IMG/VR virus record: IMGVR_UViG_3300036879_000022
Span: 20,383-84,382 of that record
DNA from: a virus
Length of the DNA stretch: 64,000 nt
Direction: 5' to 3' (one strand)
Part shown: piece by piece, positions 52,122 through 61,932 of the stretch
Layout of the letters: each line of letters starts with the position of its first letter
How positions within the stretch are numbered: the stretch's first letter is position 1
The notes under the pieces: generated by a model
Seen by the model: only the letters and a program-made list of their open reading frames with translations
What the model was told of the DNA's origin: nothing
Databases searched by the model: none
Position numbers and translations under genes: made by a program

Positions 52122-52946
52122 ATGAGCGGCATTGATGACACCGATCTCGCTGATCTTCTCGGCCCCGATCCACTCGGTGCCGAAGCCGAAGAAATTCTAG
52201 TTGATGTGACCCCGCCGAAATCGCGTCCCATGGGCGCAGCGAGCCGAGGCGTCCTAGAACGATCGCGCAGCTACCCCGTCAACGCTGCCGCCCGAGCAAG
52301 GCTCCCTGACCGCCTCAGCCGTCTGCTCAAGAACATCTCTGAAATCCCGATCGCAACGGACGCCGCGCGCCGCGCCGGCATTAGCCTGTCCCAGCTCAAG
52401 TATATGCTGCAAAAATCCAAGGAGGGTCGCTCCGGGGACGGGTATGACGTGGCCCTTCCGGAAGGCGAAGATAACGGCACCCCCGATAACACCGAACGGT
52501 TTCACGTCGTGTGGGAAGATGCGATGAGTGAAGGCCTCGGCAAAGCAGAGACGGCCGCGTGGGCTCTCGGGGTCGGCTTCAACGAAATCCAAGCTCACAA
52601 GGGTCGTGTCCAATACCGAATTGACCCGGAGAAGTACGATCTGTTCGTTCTGCTCGGCGACCCCATTGACGAGCGCAACCCGAGCCTATGGCTTCGCGAT
52701 GAAGTTGGGGCTCCAGTCCCCGAGACAATCTTCAAGCAGGACCCGGATATGCTCCGGTGGCTGCTCGAAAACCGCAAGCCGAAGGAATATGGCAAGCGAG
52801 CTGCTCTCGATCTGAATGTTACGGGCGGTGTTCTCGTGGTCGGTATGAAGGCGGCTACGTCGGAAGAGCTAAACGAAATCGAAACCGAATATCGCAAGGT
52901 CGGTCGTCCCGCCGTCACGTTCGAAGAGAGCGACGGGGACGTGTAA
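52122..52946 (+). CDS. terS: Probable terminase small subunit
   Basis: AARRAGIS HTH-like segment, DMLRWLLENRKPKEYG; coupled to terL. Confidence 0.7.
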   Translation: MSGIDDTDLADLLGPDPLGAEAEEILVDVTPPKSRPMGAASRGVLERSRSYPVNAAARARLPDRLSRLLKNISEIPIATDAARRAGISLSQLKYMLQKSKEGRSGDGYDVALPEGEDNGTPDNTERFHVVWEDAMSEGLGKAETAAWALGVGFNEIQAHKGRVQYRIDPEKYDLFVLLGDPIDERNPSLWLRDEVGAPVPETIFKQDPDMLRWLLENRKPKEYGKRAALDLNVTGGVLVVGMKAATSEELNEIETEYRKVGRPAVTFEESDGDV

Positions 52947-54535
52947 TGGGTTTTCCTTGCGTAGCAAAATTTGTCCAAGATAGGAATGGGGCTTACGTCC
53001 CATACTATCTTGACGACGACAATGTACTCAGGGCCGCGATTTGGTGCCCGCAACCGGGTTCGCAGGAGTTCTTTCTGGCGGACCCGACGATGGAAGTTCT
53101 CTACGAGGGCACGCGCGGCCCCGGCAAAACTGACGCGCTCATCATGGACTTCTGTCAGGATGTTGGCAAGGGCTGGGGCGCGGAGTGGAAGGGCATTCTG
53201 TTTCGACAATCGCATCCGCAGTTGCGCGACATCATTGAGAAGTCGAAGAAATGGATCAAGCGCATTTGGCCGGATGCGATCTACAACGAAGTCAAGACGA
53301 TGTGGGAGTGGCGGACAGGCGAGCGCCTGTACTTTGCCCACTTCAATGTCCGAAGCGACTATGACAACTATCACGGCCACGCTTATCCGTGGATTGGTTG
53401 GGAAGAGTTGACGAACTGGCCGAGCCCGGACTGCTATATCAGCATGTTCTCGTGCTCGCGTTCGACGATCAAAGGGATGCCGCGCAAGGTGCGCGCGACG
53501 ACGAACCCCTATGGCGTCGGGCATAACTGGGTCAAGGCACGTTGGCGGCTGCCGATCAACGGCGAGACGATCAACGGCCGCAAGCCGACAGTCGGTCCGC
53601 TCATTCAGGATAGCGTTGATGCGGCGGGTAACAAAGAGCCGCCGCGCCGCGCCATCCACGGCTACCTCGACGAGAACGTGCTGTTGCTGCATGCCGACCC
53701 CGAGTACAAGAACAAGATTAAAGCGGCAGCCCGGAACGCATCCGAACTCGCGGCGTGGATGGATGGCTCGTGGGACATCGTCGCGGGCGGCATGTTCGAC
53801 GACATCTGGTATGAGCACAAAGACGCGATCGTCATGCCCCCATTCGACGTGCCGCCGGGATGGAAAATTTATCGGGCCTATGACCACGGCTCATCGAAGC
53901 CGTTCTCGGTTGGCTGGTACGCCGCCAGCGATGGCACCGATCTGAAGCTACGCGATGGGCGCACGCGCGCGACCGTGCGCGGCGACCTCTTCCGTATCCA
54001 CGAATGGTACGGCTGGCGTGGTCAGCCGAACGAAGGCGCTCGATTGTTGGTCCCGGATATCGCGAGGGGCATCATTGAGCGCGAGATCAAATGGGGCCTC
54101 CGTGATCCGCAGGGCACGTGGACCCGCGTGAGCCGGGGGCCAGCCGATAGTTCGATCTTCGACGCCGATCAGAAGGCGACGACCGTGTCGATCGCCGACG
54201 ACTTCGAGAAGCCGGTTACAATCAACGGGATCAAGTTCAAGGGTATTTTCTGGGAGCGCGCTGACAAGGGTCCGGGCTCCCGCGAGCAAGGATGGGAGCA
54301 AATCCGCAAGCGGCTCAAGGCGACCAAACGTCCGCCCGGCGGCTTCCGGGAGACCCCCGGGCTGTTCATCACGACGGACTGCCCGCAATGGCTCCGGTGC
54401 GTGCCTGTGCTTCCACGGGACGAAACCGAAATCGATGACGTAGACGACGACGCGGAAGATCATAACGGCGATGAAACTCGGTACATGCTCCGCCACGAGA
54501 TCAGGACAACACGGTCGGGCCGCGTGGCGGCCTGA
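52946..54535 (+). CDS. terL: Terminase large subunit
   Basis: PQPGSQ, YEGTRGPGKT Walker A, IGWEELT Walker B, ATTNPYG, YDHGSSKP, EDHNGDETRY. Confidence 0.95.
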   Translation: MGFPCVAKFVQDRNGAYVPYYLDDDNVLRAAIWCPQPGSQEFFLADPTMEVLYEGTRGPGKTDALIMDFCQDVGKGWGAEWKGILFRQSHPQLRDIIEKSKKWIKRIWPDAIYNEVKTMWEWRTGERLYFAHFNVRSDYDNYHGHAYPWIGWEELTNWPSPDCYISMFSCSRSTIKGMPRKVRATTNPYGVGHNWVKARWRLPINGETINGRKPTVGPLIQDSVDAAGNKEPPRRAIHGYLDENVLLLHADPEYKNKIKAAARNASELAAWMDGSWDIVAGGMFDDIWYEHKDAIVMPPFDVPPGWKIYRAYDHGSSKPFSVGWYAASDGTDLKLRDGRTRATVRGDLFRIHEWYGWRGQPNEGARLLVPDIARGIIEREIKWGLRDPQGTWTRVSRGPADSSIFDADQKATTVSIADDFEKPVTINGIKFKGIFWERADKGPGSREQGWEQIRKRLKATKRPPGGFRETPGLFITTDCPQWLRCVPVLPRDETEIDDVDDDAEDHNGDETRYMLRHEIRTTRSGRVAA

Positions 54536-54609
54536 AATTTCCAGTGTCAAGGACATTGACAGAATATGGTTAATAGGCTAGAGAGCCTAGCCCCCGGAAG
54601 GATTTTCAC

Positions 54610-56301
54610 ATGGCACTTCCCGACAAGCACCCCGAGTACGTAGAGAGGCTGGGCGAATGGCTCCAGCTTTCGGACACCTATCAGGGCGAGCGCGCCGTCA
54701 AGTCGAAGCGGCTTGACTACCTGCCCGCGACCGAGGGAATGGTGCAGGACGGGATGACCACGCCCAGCTCCCCGGGCTGGCGCGACTACGAAGCGTACTT
54801 GATGCGCGCCTACTTCCACGACGTTGTCAAGGAAGCTGTCAAAGCCATGGTTGGCATCATGCACAACAAGCCCGCCGTGATCACGCTGCCCCCGCGCCTC
54901 GCCGGCATGATCGACCGGGCGACGATCCAAGGCGAAGGGCTCCAGATGTTGCTCCGCCGGATCAACGTCTCGCAACTCCTGTACGGCCGCTGCGGTCTTC
55001 TCGCGGACGCGCCGCAGGGCGTCGATATCGACAAGGCCACTCCCTACCTGTCCTTCTACGAGCCGATGCGGATCATCAACTGGGACGCCGGGCGCCTCAA
55101 TGAGGGCCGCAACGAACTCGACCTCGTCGTGCTCGACGAAAGCGGCTTCCGCCGTGAGGGCTTCACGTGGAAGACCGAACGCAAGTATCGCGTGCTGACG
55201 CGCGGCGGCCCGGAGAGCCTTGAGAGCGGCTGGGAACGACCGCCGGAGGGCTCGCCGTATTGCGTGGCCGTGAAGGTCAACGACAGCTCCATGCCCGTCA
55301 TGGAGGACTTCATTCAGCCGTCGATCGGTGGGCGCACGCTCCCGGCGGTTCCGTTCGTCTTCATCGGCGCCAACGATCTCGTACCCGAGCCCGAAGTGTC
55401 CCCGCTTCTCGGCCTGTCGAACCTCGCGCTCGCAATCTATCGAGCCGAGGCCGACTACAGGCAAACGCTGTTCACGCAGGGACAGGCCACGCTCGTCATC
55501 ATCAACGGCAACGTTGACGATGCGGCTCCCGACAAACTGCGCACCGGCTACAAAGGCGTTATCGATCTGCGCATGGGCGGCGACGCGAAGTATATCGGCG
55601 TGCCCGCCGCCGGGCTCGGCGAAATGCGTCAGTCGCTCAAGAGTGATATCGATGCCGCCGCTCTGGCGGGCATCGCGTTCTTGGACGTAGGCAACGCGCG
55701 CGGCGAGAGCGGCGAAGCTCTGCGCATCCGCGTCGCGGCGCGCACGACCACGATTTCATCCGTCGCTCAGTGCGCCGGCAAAGGGCTTGAGCAAGCACTC
55801 CGGTATTGTGCTGCTTGGGTTGGAGAAGACCCGAACGAAGTCTCGGTCAAGCCGACCACCGACTTCGCCGATCAGACTGTCGCTGGCGCCGCGCTGCTCG
55901 CGTTCATGCAGGCCAAGCAGCTTGGATTGCCCTTGTCGCTCCGTTCGATGCATCGCATGATGCAGATGAACGACATGACGGAGATGGATTTTGCGCAAGA
56001 GAACGCACAAATCGAAGAGGAAGCCGCTTCCATGCTGGGCTCTATGGTGGGTTGGGGCCAGTCGGCCAGCGTCACCGATGATACTTTCTTGGATGACAGC
56101 GTTGATCCGGTTCCCGGTCCGCCGTCAGAAGGCGGCACAACTCCGCCCTCTGCGACCGTTCCGCCGCTTGACCCCGCCCCGCCCATCCCGCCAAATTCGA
56201 ATGTGCCGATCGTCCCGACCGCTCGCGCAAAGGGCCACACCCGGGGATCGCCGGTCCCACTGAAGCGTAAGGTCGGCAAGAAGGGCGCGTCCGCTAAATG
56301 A
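54610..56301 (+). CDS. Portal protein (DUF4055-type)
   Basis: HPEY, YLP, YLMRA, IINW, PFVFIG, ESGEALRIR; follows terL. Confidence 0.9.
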   Translation: MALPDKHPEYVERLGEWLQLSDTYQGERAVKSKRLDYLPATEGMVQDGMTTPSSPGWRDYEAYLMRAYFHDVVKEAVKAMVGIMHNKPAVITLPPRLAGMIDRATIQGEGLQMLLRRINVSQLLYGRCGLLADAPQGVDIDKATPYLSFYEPMRIINWDAGRLNEGRNELDLVVLDESGFRREGFTWKTERKYRVLTRGGPESLESGWERPPEGSPYCVAVKVNDSSMPVMEDFIQPSIGGRTLPAVPFVFIGANDLVPEPEVSPLLGLSNLALAIYRAEADYRQTLFTQGQATLVIINGNVDDAAPDKLRTGYKGVIDLRMGGDAKYIGVPAAGLGEMRQSLKSDIDAAALAGIAFLDVGNARGESGEALRIRVAARTTTISSVAQCAGKGLEQALRYCAAWVGEDPNEVSVKPTTDFADQTVAGAALLAFMQAKQLGLPLSLRSMHRMMQMNDMTEMDFAQENAQIEEEAASMLGSMVGWGQSASVTDDTFLDDSVDPVPGPPSEGGTTPPSATVPPLDPAPPIPPNSNVPIVPTARAKGHTRGSPVPLKRKVGKKGASAK

Positions 56302-58712
56302 CCTTCGACCCAAACGAAGAGCGGGACCCGCATGGGCGGTGGACGCGTGGCGGCAACGACACGGGCGAGATCGCGAAAGTGATCGACCCGCGTGTTGTTG
56401 ACGTGAGCGGCGACGACTGGAACAGGAAGACGGCGGAGCGGCTCGAAAAAGAGTACGCCGATGTACGGCCGGAGATTGACAAGATCGCGACCGAGGGCGT
56501 CGAAAAGCACGCGGGCGTTGCGCTCGGAGCCGAGCCCGAGGAAGAGGACGAAGACGCGCCTGTCGTTCCAGAGACATGGAGCGACTTGTCGGGCTCGCAA
56601 CAGGAAGAGGCTGAGCAGAGCTATATCGATAACCACATCGATCAGGAAAAAGAATACGCTGTCTCCAATTGGCAGGAGAACGGCGAAGCCCTTGTGGAGG
56701 CCAAGCATGCTCTCGCTAACGATGACGACTTCAAGAGTGAGTTCCTGAGCGAGTTTCTCGCTGACCGCGAAGCGAACGATGAGGCACGCATCCCTTTCAG
56801 TGCCGGCGATCTCGCGGGCGCGATCCATATTGAGGCGGGTGACGAACACAACGACGATCCGGCGATCACATTCGACGACAAATATCTGGACAAGCCGGAC
56901 AATTTCGCCCACGAAGGGCAGATGAGCTTCCCCGGGATTGAGCCGCAAAACCCGGCGGATTTCCTCACGCCTAAAATGCGCGAAGAGATCACAAATGCGC
57001 TGCTCGAAAAGTTTGAGGAAGAGGCCAAGTCCAAAGCGGAAAATATCGATCCGCCCGACTACCTCAATGAAGAGGCTCAGACCAACGTGCAGGAAGCATG
57101 GGGGAGTATGAGCGATGAGGACCAATTTGAATACGCAAAGGACCACGTTGACAGCCTCAAAGAGCAACTGGAAGAGCCTGCCAAAGTCGCGCGCACCCCG
57201 ACGATTGACCTTGCATGGCCTGAGAAATTCGATCCGCTTAACCTGACCTCGGGTCGCGACTACATGCGGACGCAGGCACTCGCGAAGTACATCGCCGACA
57301 AGCGCGGAGCGCAGTTGATCACTCAGCGTACCGATGCGGGCCTCATCGGGCGCAAGGGGAGGCTTGACACTCCGGCGGTTATCTCAGCTAGGGCCGTGCT
57401 CAACGATCCGAACTCCAATCCGGGGAACGTGGAGAGCGCCAAGAAAATTATCGCCGACTTCGAAAACGTGTCGGGTGGCTGGAAGCCCCGCGACAAGTTC
57501 CTCGGGTCGGATGCTGACTACGAAAAGCTCTATGGGACCGGCGGCGTCGGCGCGAAGAAAGATGCGGCGTGGACCGAGCGCATGATGAAAGAGCTTCAAC
57601 AGGTGGATTTCAAGCTTTGGTCCGGATGGAAGGGCAGCTCGACGAACGCGGAAGGCAGGCTGTTGCAGGTAGCGGCATCCGACGAACTCGGCGGCCGTAT
57701 CCGCGACGCGCGCCCGCCCAAATGGAAAGACCCGGCGAACGATCCTCCGGAAGTGGTGCTCGCGAAATCCGTCGTGGGCAATCCGAACTCTACGGCCGAG
57801 GACACGGGAAACCATAACCTCGTCATCGCCGCGTACAAGGATGGGGCGCCGCCGGCTATCTTGAAGGCCATGTCGGACGCCGCGCAGGGCCACAAGACGC
57901 CTGAGACGGACAAGATGATCATGGACTATCTCTCCAGTTCGACCGGGGCCAAAGAACGCGCCAAGGCCCCGAACTTGGACGCGGAGAGCTTTAACGGCGG
58001 CTACATCCGCCTGCCCAAAGTGGTCATCGAAAAGAACGGCGCGGCCTCGACGACGGTCAGCCGAGACGTGGCCAATGGTTGGAATGGCACGTCGAACAAC
58101 GCGCCCGAGGGGATCAACAAGAAAGAGAGCATCGAATACGCGAACCACGCCTACGCGGCGATCGGCGGCTACGAAGGCGTCAAGGCGGCGCTCCGTGCGA
58201 AGTGGGAGACGACGCAATACCTGCTCGACAAGGCCGACATCCCGGTTGTGCAGGCGTATCGCGGCATCACGTATGCGCACAAGCTCCCGGGCGCTGCGAA
58301 CGTGGGCGACTTCAACCCGCCCGCGTCCGGGATTGTTAAAGAGAGTGGCAGTCAACAAAGCGTCAATCTCGCGGAGATGCCGGTCGGGGCGAGCGTTAAG
58401 ATTTCATCGGGAAAGACCATCACTAAAGTCAGTGCCGAAGACTTGCCATCTGGATACGCGAAGGGCACGGGCAAATGGACTTATGCGGAGCCCAAGGAAA
58501 CACAGTCACGCATCGTGTTGCGCGCGGAAGTACCGCGCACCGCTGTCGTGTCTGTGCCCGCCTATGGCGTCAACGTCAAGAGCGAGCAGGAAGTGGTCGT
58601 CGTCGGCACCGGCTGGAAAGGCTGGGACGCTTGGTCCGGCCGCGCGCCCAGTTTCGAGGAAGTCCCGATGCACGCGCCGGCTCCGGCAGCCCCGAAGAAC
58701 CCGCAATCATGA
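56298..58712 (+). CDS. Putative virion-associated effector with ADP-ribosyltransferase-like C-terminal domain
   Basis: N-terminal FDPNEERDPHGRWT, acidic region, ART-like motifs STT, YRG and EQEVVV. Confidence 0.7.
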   Translation: MTFDPNEERDPHGRWTRGGNDTGEIAKVIDPRVVDVSGDDWNRKTAERLEKEYADVRPEIDKIATEGVEKHAGVALGAEPEEEDEDAPVVPETWSDLSGSQQEEAEQSYIDNHIDQEKEYAVSNWQENGEALVEAKHALANDDDFKSEFLSEFLADREANDEARIPFSAGDLAGAIHIEAGDEHNDDPAITFDDKYLDKPDNFAHEGQMSFPGIEPQNPADFLTPKMREEITNALLEKFEEEAKSKAENIDPPDYLNEEAQTNVQEAWGSMSDEDQFEYAKDHVDSLKEQLEEPAKVARTPTIDLAWPEKFDPLNLTSGRDYMRTQALAKYIADKRGAQLITQRTDAGLIGRKGRLDTPAVISARAVLNDPNSNPGNVESAKKIIADFENVSGGWKPRDKFLGSDADYEKLYGTGGVGAKKDAAWTERMMKELQQVDFKLWSGWKGSSTNAEGRLLQVAASDELGGRIRDARPPKWKDPANDPPEVVLAKSVVGNPNSTAEDTGNHNLVIAAYKDGAPPAILKAMSDAAQGHKTPETDKMIMDYLSSSTGAKERAKAPNLDAESFNGGYIRLPKVVIEKNGAASTTVSRDVANGWNGTSNNAPEGINKKESIEYANHAYAAIGGYEGVKAALRAKWETTQYLLDKADIPVVQAYRGITYAHKLPGAANVGDFNPPASGIVKESGSQQSVNLAEMPVGASVKISSGKTITKVSAEDLPSGYAKGTGKWTYAEPKETQSRIVLRAEVPRTAVVSVPAYGVNVKSEQEVVVVGTGWKGWDAWSGRAPSFEEVPMHAPAPAAPKNPQS

Positions 58713-59146
58713 AAATCGATCTCAACAATCTCCCGGGCAAGCCCAGCCCCCTCGGCGACCCCCATTGGCTTTCGGGCTCGGGCAGGGTTGACCGCAAGGG
58801 TATCCATGAGCGCTACAAGGCGGCGCATCTCGCGGAGATCAAGGCGCGTCCGCGCAAGCCCGCGCGCCCGGAGACAACCGCCAAGCTTGAGGCCATGTCG
58901 GCGCGCGTCAAGAAGACCGAACAGGCGAAGCTGGTCAGGGTTTGGAATACCGCGATCGGGATCATTGACCGCACGGAGCCCCGGCTCCGCGACCTCATTG
59001 AGCGTGAGCTGATCGACGTGGCGGGCATCGATCATACGCGTGTCGGGGACGCGATGCAGGCGACCGAGGACCTCATGAAGCTGATCCGCCCCGTTCGAAC
59101 CAAGGCAATCAAGAAGGCCTTCCGATATCTGCGGGAGCATCTGTGA
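58709..59146 (+). CDS. Hypothetical protein, possibly a minor head protein fragment
   Basis: Coupled ORF; helical IIDRTEPRLRDLI segment. Confidence 0.6.
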   Translation: MKIDLNNLPGKPSPLGDPHWLSGSGRVDRKGIHERYKAAHLAEIKARPRKPARPETTAKLEAMSARVKKTEQAKLVRVWNTAIGIIDRTEPRLRDLIERELIDVAGIDHTRVGDAMQATEDLMKLIRPVRTKAIKKAFRYLREHL

Positions 59147-60168
59147 TGGCGTATGATCCGAACGAACAGCGCGACCCGAAAGGTCAGTGGTCGGCCAGCG
59201 CGGGCGGCTTCGGCGCCCATTCCGAAGGGCCGTACATGGCCGTGGAGAAACCGGAGAACGCAGAGAAGGCGAACACGGTCGCCAAGATCGCTGCTCAGGT
59301 CGCGAAGAAACTCGATTTTGACCCGACCGGGATCAACATCTCGGATGAGAGCAAGACCTTCGAGTTGAACGGAAAGACGATGCCCTACGCTGGATGGGCG
59401 ACAGTTCCACCGGAGCCAACGCTGACGACTAACCCGGATGGGTCGAAACAGGTCATCGGAGGCGGGATCGGCACCGTGACGTTGTTCACGCCGCACGTCG
59501 GGAATGACCCGGCCGGGATCGCTGGCGTCACGGCGCACGAAATCGCGCATCAAAAGTTCAACGCCCTTCTGAGCGACAAGGCGGTCGATCAGCTCAAGAT
59601 GGCGCAAGACCCGGACTACGGCAAAGACACGCAATGGATCACATACGACAGTACCAACCCTGAGCATGTACGGATGAGCGTGAACGGGGCTATGGTTTCG
59701 TCACCGCAACCGGACGGGACCCAGAAAATCCGAGAGCCGGGCTTCATGAAGCCGGACGGCACGCTCAATGAGCCCTACGCGAGTAAGTATCCCGCGTATC
59801 AGCTCTACACGAAAGCGATGATGCCGATGGTCGCGGACTTCGCAAAGTCGGACGGCGTGTCCGACTACAGCAAAGAGTATTGGCAGGGCGTGCAGACGCC
59901 GAAAGTCGTAGAGTATGTGAAGGACGCCAACACGGGCGAGAAGGGCACGTATACGACGGCCTCCATCCCGCACCTGAGCGCGTTCCACGAAACCCTCGCG
60001 GAGATCGCGCGGCTCAAGTACGCGGGCCAGCCGGTCTACCATAGGAAACTCGGCGAGGTCGAAGGCAAACCGGTTTACTTTGCGCAGGGCACGAAAGGCG
60101 TCAAGCCGGCGTGGAGCACCCTCTACAAGGCGATCAATGAGAATTGGAAACGGCGGAACGGCAAATGA
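59146..60168 (+). CDS. Putative virion-associated zincin metallopeptidase
   Basis: N-terminal YDPNEQRDPKGQWS; AHEIAH, GVSDYS, HETLAE. Confidence 0.75.
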   Translation: MAYDPNEQRDPKGQWSASAGGFGAHSEGPYMAVEKPENAEKANTVAKIAAQVAKKLDFDPTGINISDESKTFELNGKTMPYAGWATVPPEPTLTTNPDGSKQVIGGGIGTVTLFTPHVGNDPAGIAGVTAHEIAHQKFNALLSDKAVDQLKMAQDPDYGKDTQWITYDSTNPEHVRMSVNGAMVSSPQPDGTQKIREPGFMKPDGTLNEPYASKYPAYQLYTKAMMPMVADFAKSDGVSDYSKEYWQGVQTPKVVEYVKDANTGEKGTYTTASIPHLSAFHETLAEIARLKYAGQPVYHRKLGEVEGKPVYFAQGTKGVKPAWSTLYKAINENWKRRNGK

Positions 60169-60557
60169 TCGAACGTCAGACCATAGACGGGCGTAACGCG
60201 ACCATCGCGTACATCACGGATAAGTTTGCGCCCGCGACCGCGAGCACTGCGCACTACGTGAAGGTATCGTTCGATGACGGCGAGACGCTGTTTCTGAAGT
60301 CCGACCCTCCGAAGGCGAAGGGCCTGCAAATCCTCGGCGCCTCGCTGGCGCAATGGGCCGCGACTTTCGCAGCGGCCGACGAGCACCGTATTGAAACGGC
60401 AATCCGAACTGGATTGCTCAGCGGATTTGAGAACACCGAAGTCGCGAGAGCGGTCGTCGGCAGTCAGCGCCTCGCGGGCGTAGACGGCGTCACCGAGATC
60501 ACGCGACGACAGATCATCCAGCTTGCGCGCGTCACGCTCAAGAGAAAATCCGCATGA
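60165..60557 (+). CDS. Protein containing a MuF/minor-head-like fragment
   Basis: RIETAIRTGLLSG..EVARAVVG..DGVTEITRR; lacks the Cys/His MuF C-terminus. Confidence 0.55.
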   Translation: MIERQTIDGRNATIAYITDKFAPATASTAHYVKVSFDDGETLFLKSDPPKAKGLQILGASLAQWAATFAAADEHRIETAIRTGLLSGFENTEVARAVVGSQRLAGVDGVTEITRRQIIQLARVTLKRKSA

Positions 60558-60604
60558 GCGGTGTTTCAGTGGATGTCCACTGAGGCCTACACGGAGGACT
60601 TACT

Positions 60605-61453
60605 ATGTTGAAGACAATCTACGACACGGCCGAGGAAATTCCGGAGGGCTATGCCGCTCTCTACACGGAGCGGAACGGCAAATGGGAGTTGACCGGCGTC
60701 ACGGGTGTCAAGACCCAAGCCGACATCGATCGCGTACAGGCCGCGCTCGTGAAGGAGCGCAACGACCACAAGGCGGTCAAGACCGCGTTCGCGCCGTTCG
60801 AAGGGCTCGATCCCGAGGTCATCCACGCGCAGGCGACCGAGCTGGAGGAAACCAAGGCCCAGCTCGCCGCCGTCAAGAAGGATGGCACGATCGACGAGAC
60901 CAAGCTGGAGCCGATCATCACGGCCCGGCTCAAGCAGATCACCGCTCCGATGGATCGTGATCGGCTCGCTCTTGAGCGCCGGCTCGAAGCGCAGCAAAAG
61001 CTCGTGGCCGAAAAGGATGGCGAGGTCTTGAGCCTGAAGACCGCCATCACCACGGGCAACGTCGAGCGCGCCATCCGTGACGCAGCCGGCGAAGCCAAGA
61101 TCGTTTCGACCGCGATCTCGGATGCTGTCTTGCAGGGCAGCCGCGTGTTCGAGGCGACCGAGGATGGCCGCGTCATCACCAAGGATGTCCCCGGGGTTAC
61201 GCCGGGCTTGAACCCGCGTGAATGGTTCAAGGACATGCAGGAGAAGTCCCCGCATTGGTGGCCGGCGTCAGTCGGCGGCGGATCGAAGGGTGGCTCCGGC
61301 CCGGCCGGACGGGCGAATAACCCGTGGTCGCGCGAAGCTTGGAACCTGACCAAGCAGGGCGTCTACCTCAAGGAGTACGGCGAGGACAAGGCCAAGGTTC
61401 TGGCGGAAAGCGTCGGCTCGCACATCGGCGCGACCAAGCCGGCAGCGGCCTGA
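60605..61453 (+). CDS. Capsid scaffolding protein
   Basis: EIPEGYAALYTERNGKW, ALVKERNDHK coiled coil, PHWWP..GGG, NPW..WNLTKQG. Confidence 0.85.
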   Translation: MLKTIYDTAEEIPEGYAALYTERNGKWELTGVTGVKTQADIDRVQAALVKERNDHKAVKTAFAPFEGLDPEVIHAQATELEETKAQLAAVKKDGTIDETKLEPIITARLKQITAPMDRDRLALERRLEAQQKLVAEKDGEVLSLKTAITTGNVERAIRDAAGEAKIVSTAISDAVLQGSRVFEATEDGRVITKDVPGVTPGLNPREWFKDMQEKSPHWWPASVGGGSKGGSGPAGRANNPWSREAWNLTKQGVYLKEYGEDKAKVLAESVGSHIGATKPAAA

Positions 61454-61483
61454 GCCCTTCGCTAACTGCCAGTTGAGTACGAG

Positions 61484-61517
61484 AGCGCGTCCGCCTAAAA
61501 TGGCGGACGCGCTTTTT
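61484..61517 (+). terminator. Intrinsic terminator
   Basis: AGCGCGTCCGCC-TAAAAT-GGCGGACGCGCT-TTTT. Confidence 0.85.
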
Positions 61518-61555
61518 CCGTGCCCCGCAGGGGCATCGGCTTGCAAGGACTTCCC

Positions 61556-61930
61556 ATGATCTTGTCTCGCACATACGCGTCGCGAAAGGAAATTCCGCAA
61601 GGCGCAGAAGCCCTCTATACGCCGACCGGCAACCTATTCATCCTGAACGGGGCGAAGCACGACATCGTCGCGGATAATCCGTGGGAAGGCGACAACTGGA
61701 ATTTGACCGAGCAGGGGCGCTTCATCTCGCAATACGGGCTCGTGATCGCGGCTGCATTTGCGAAGATCGCCGGCACCAAGATCGGCGGCCTGAAGCCTCG
61801 CGCGGCGTATCAGCCGTCTCTCAAGGTCCTGATCCAGAAGCGCGATGTCACGACCAACATCTATCAGACCGGAGGCGGCGGCGGTGGGACCGATGACGCG
61901 CTCGTGGCTGGCCTCGTAACGAAGACCTGA
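61556..61930 (+). CDS. Internally deleted scaffold paralogue
   Basis: [11 protein letters not shown] joined almost directly to NPW..WNLTEQG..IGGLKP. Confidence 0.75.
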   Translation: MILSRTYASRKEIPQGAEALYTPTGNLFILNGAKHDIVADNPWEGDNWNLTEQGRFISQYGLVIAAAFAKIAGTKIGGLKPRAAYQPSLKVLIQKRDVTTNIYQTGGGGGGTDDALVAGLVTKT

Positions 61931-61932
61931 CC

